From positions 62,001 through 126,000 of the forward strand of contig NIVC01002036.1 in NCBI GenBank assembly GCA_002269645.1: a DNA stretch of 64,000 nt, given 5' to 3'. Below the pieces are notes generated by a model that saw nothing but the letters and a program-made list of their open reading frames with translations, was not told the DNA's origin and searched no databases. This stretch comes from Macrostomum lignano. Lineage: Eukaryota. Each line of letters opens with the position of its first letter. Positions within the stretch are counted from its first letter, which is position 1. The position numbers were made by a program, and so were the translations under genes. Positions 61,883 through 64,000 of this stretch are shown piece after piece.

Positions 61883-62829
61883 TTCTGTCGGCTGCAAGAA
61901 GTTCAAATTTCTATACAAAACTGCGCTTTATTTATTTGGTAAACCGGGTTTGAAAAACTAAGAAATCCCCCGAACATATGCTTAATAAAGTAGTGAGTAG
62001 TGAGTAATCCTTATAGCCATTTTATATAAATTGACCAAATAATTTAGTCAGCCTAGCACAGTTTATTTATAAATTTGTCAGTCATGATTCATAATTCAAT
62101 TTCCACCGCATTTAGGTAAAAATAGTTGTAATGTTGGCAAAATACTACTCACACCAGGCGGTACAAGTAATCAGCGCATAAGTAGGCATTGGCATGAATT
62201 CGCAGTTAAATATTATTTTATTAGCTAATACAATATTTCAAAGCTGATGCTTGAGTCGAAATTGAGATGGTAATTTTGTTTAGATATACTAATAATACTA
62301 CTAGCTTGCGCGCGGCTGAGTAGTGCAGAGCGAGGGCAAGCCTTGAAGAAAAAGAAATGATGTCGAATAAAAATTCTAGGAAACGACACAAAAAAGCGCT
62401 GGTTAATAAATGTAATGGGAATCACAGATCGAAGCAGAGGACGGAATGTACTAAATGTATAAAATATAAAATATAAAATCTATGCAGGCAAATGTACACA
62501 TACCAGCCGTGTTAACTCAGCAATTCAATCATGTTTCAGTGCCGGTCCGCACAGAACATTTTATTGAGTTTCTTACAAATAATTTCAGCCGAACAAAATG
62601 CACTGGAGAGCGGATTTTACAGTACATACTACTTGATATTCTCGTAGCAAACTAGTAGTATAAATAAATAAAAGTGAATTCGATGTTAGAAAATAACTAA
62701 TTCGGACGGAGACAGAAAGAAGCTTTAACTGATAACAAAGCACACTGAAAAACTGATCAACATTTGAGCACTAAGCGCCAGTCAATGGCGATGCAGTAGT
62801 ACAAGTAATTACAATAGCGAACTTTTACA

Positions 62830-62843
62830 GTTTCCATGGCAAC
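62830..62843. promoter_or_regulatory. X-box (RFX) consensus
   Basis: GTTTCCATGGCAAC, near-perfect palindrome, between the coiled-coil gene stop and the TMX1-like start. Confidence 0.5.
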
Positions 62844-62871
62844 CACACTACACTAAACAGCCAAGCAAGCG

Positions 62872-63294
62872 TCAGTTGCTAGCGGCAGCGAGCTGCAGGT
62901 TGGTTTCCAGCTCCTCCAGTCTCAGCCGCAGGGATCTCAAACTGCTGTGAGACCGCTGGTACTGCATAGCAACCTGCTCAGCCGCCTGGTTCAGCTCACG
63001 CTGCAGCTGCTCCTTGAGTCCGGCTCCGTTCGAGTCTGCCGCAGCCACTGCCGCTGAGTCCGGCGGCTCCCCTCGGGCAGCGGACAGGTTCCTGCGCAGG
63101 CTGCTCAGGTGCACCTGGACTCGCTGCTGGCGCTGATCCCGACCACCTCCACGGAGAACCTGCTGCTGCTGCTCAAGCTGTCTGTTGTCGGTGTCTGGCA
63201 GGTCCAACCGACCGGCGTCCAGGTCGTCTTTGAAGGTACGCAGGGCGCCCACAACTCGACGCTCGCGATCGATCAGCTCCTCCTGGGACAGGAT
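62872..63294 (-). CDS. Last exon of an unidentified coiled-coil protein (gene continues beyond window)
   Basis: Acceptor CCACCCAG| then open frame ILSQEELIDRERRVVGALRTFKDDL...LRSLRLRLEELETNLQLAAASN*; GC3-rich codons. Confidence 0.7.
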   Translation of the reverse strand: MLSQEELIDRERRVVGALRTFKDDLDAGRLDLPDTDNRQLEQQQQVLRGGGRDQRQQRVQVHLSSLRRNLSAARGEPPDSAAVAAADSNGAGLKEQLQRELNQAAEQVAMQYQRSHSSLRSLRLRLEELETNLQLAAASN

Positions 63295-63379
63295 CTGGGT
63301 GGGCGGTAGAATTGGATCGCGTGAGATTTATGATTTTAGATGGGCAATTTCCAGCCAAAGCTGCATGGCTTAAACATGG

Positions 63380-64000
63380 GCAGATATCCCAGTCTGGGGA
63401 TTTAAATGGGAGCACATATCCCAACCTGGGGATCTAAATGGGATCAGATATCCCAATCTGTGGATCTAAATGGGATCAGATATCCCAACCTGGGGATCTA
63501 AATGGGATCAGATATCCCAACATGGTGATCTAAATGGGATCAAATATCCCAATCTAGGGATCTAAATGGGATCAAATATCCCAATCTAGGGATCTAAATG
63601 GGATCAGATATTCCAACCTGGGGATCTAAATGGGAGCAGATATCCCAACATGGGGATCTAAATGGGATCAAATATCCTAATCTAGGGATCTAAATGGGAT
63701 CAAATATCCCAACCTGGGGATCTAAATGGGAGCAGATATCCCAACCTGAGGATCTAAATGGGAGCAGATATACCAACCTGGGGATCTAAATGGGAGCAGA
63801 TATCCCAACATGGTGATCTAAATGGGATCAAATATCCCAATCTAGGGATCTAAATGGGATCAGATATCCCAACCTGGGGATCTAAATGGAAGCAGATATC
63901 CCAACATGGGGATCTAAATGGGATCAAATATCCCAATCTAGGGATCTAAATTGGATCAAATATCCCAATCTAGGGATCTAAATGGGATCAAATATCCCAA
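63380..64000. repeat. ~32-bp minisatellite (intronic)
   Basis: GGGATCTAAATGGGATCAGATATCCCAACCTG variants running to the window end. Confidence 0.95.

Overview
Eukaryotic (metazoan) genomic DNA with GC-rich exons and introns filled with minisatellites. The style suggests a free-living flatworm such as Macrostomum, but that is an inference and is unconfirmed. Gene content: the 3' part of a 9-exon uncharacterised EF-hand-type gene (+); two intronless, head-to-head, highly diverged TRPV-like 6-TM channel genes; a calmodulin/myosin-light-chain-like locus with two alternative N-lobe exons and one shared C-lobe exon; tRNA-Val(TAC); FAM177A-like (-); a phase-consistent 13-exon WDR59 (GATOR2) model (-) with a 6.7-kb GACA satellite in one intron; an 11-kb AT-rich, CpG-depleted transposon graveyard (decayed piggyBac, three hAT MITEs); ZSWIM2 (+); CDK12/13-like (+); TMX1-like (-); and the last exon of an unidentified coiled-coil gene (-). 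Most notable: (1) the two channel genes share a 479-bp, 99.4% identical in-frame inverted repeat around a 1.28-kb spacer, which points to gene conversion and could act as an invertible promoter/N-terminus switch; (2) the EF-hand light-chain locus appears to swap whole N-lobes onto a common C-lobe; (3) there is a sharply bounded record of methyl-CpG decay, readable in MITE TIRs and transposase codons. Most long ORFs in the supplied track that overlap tandem repeats are artefacts.
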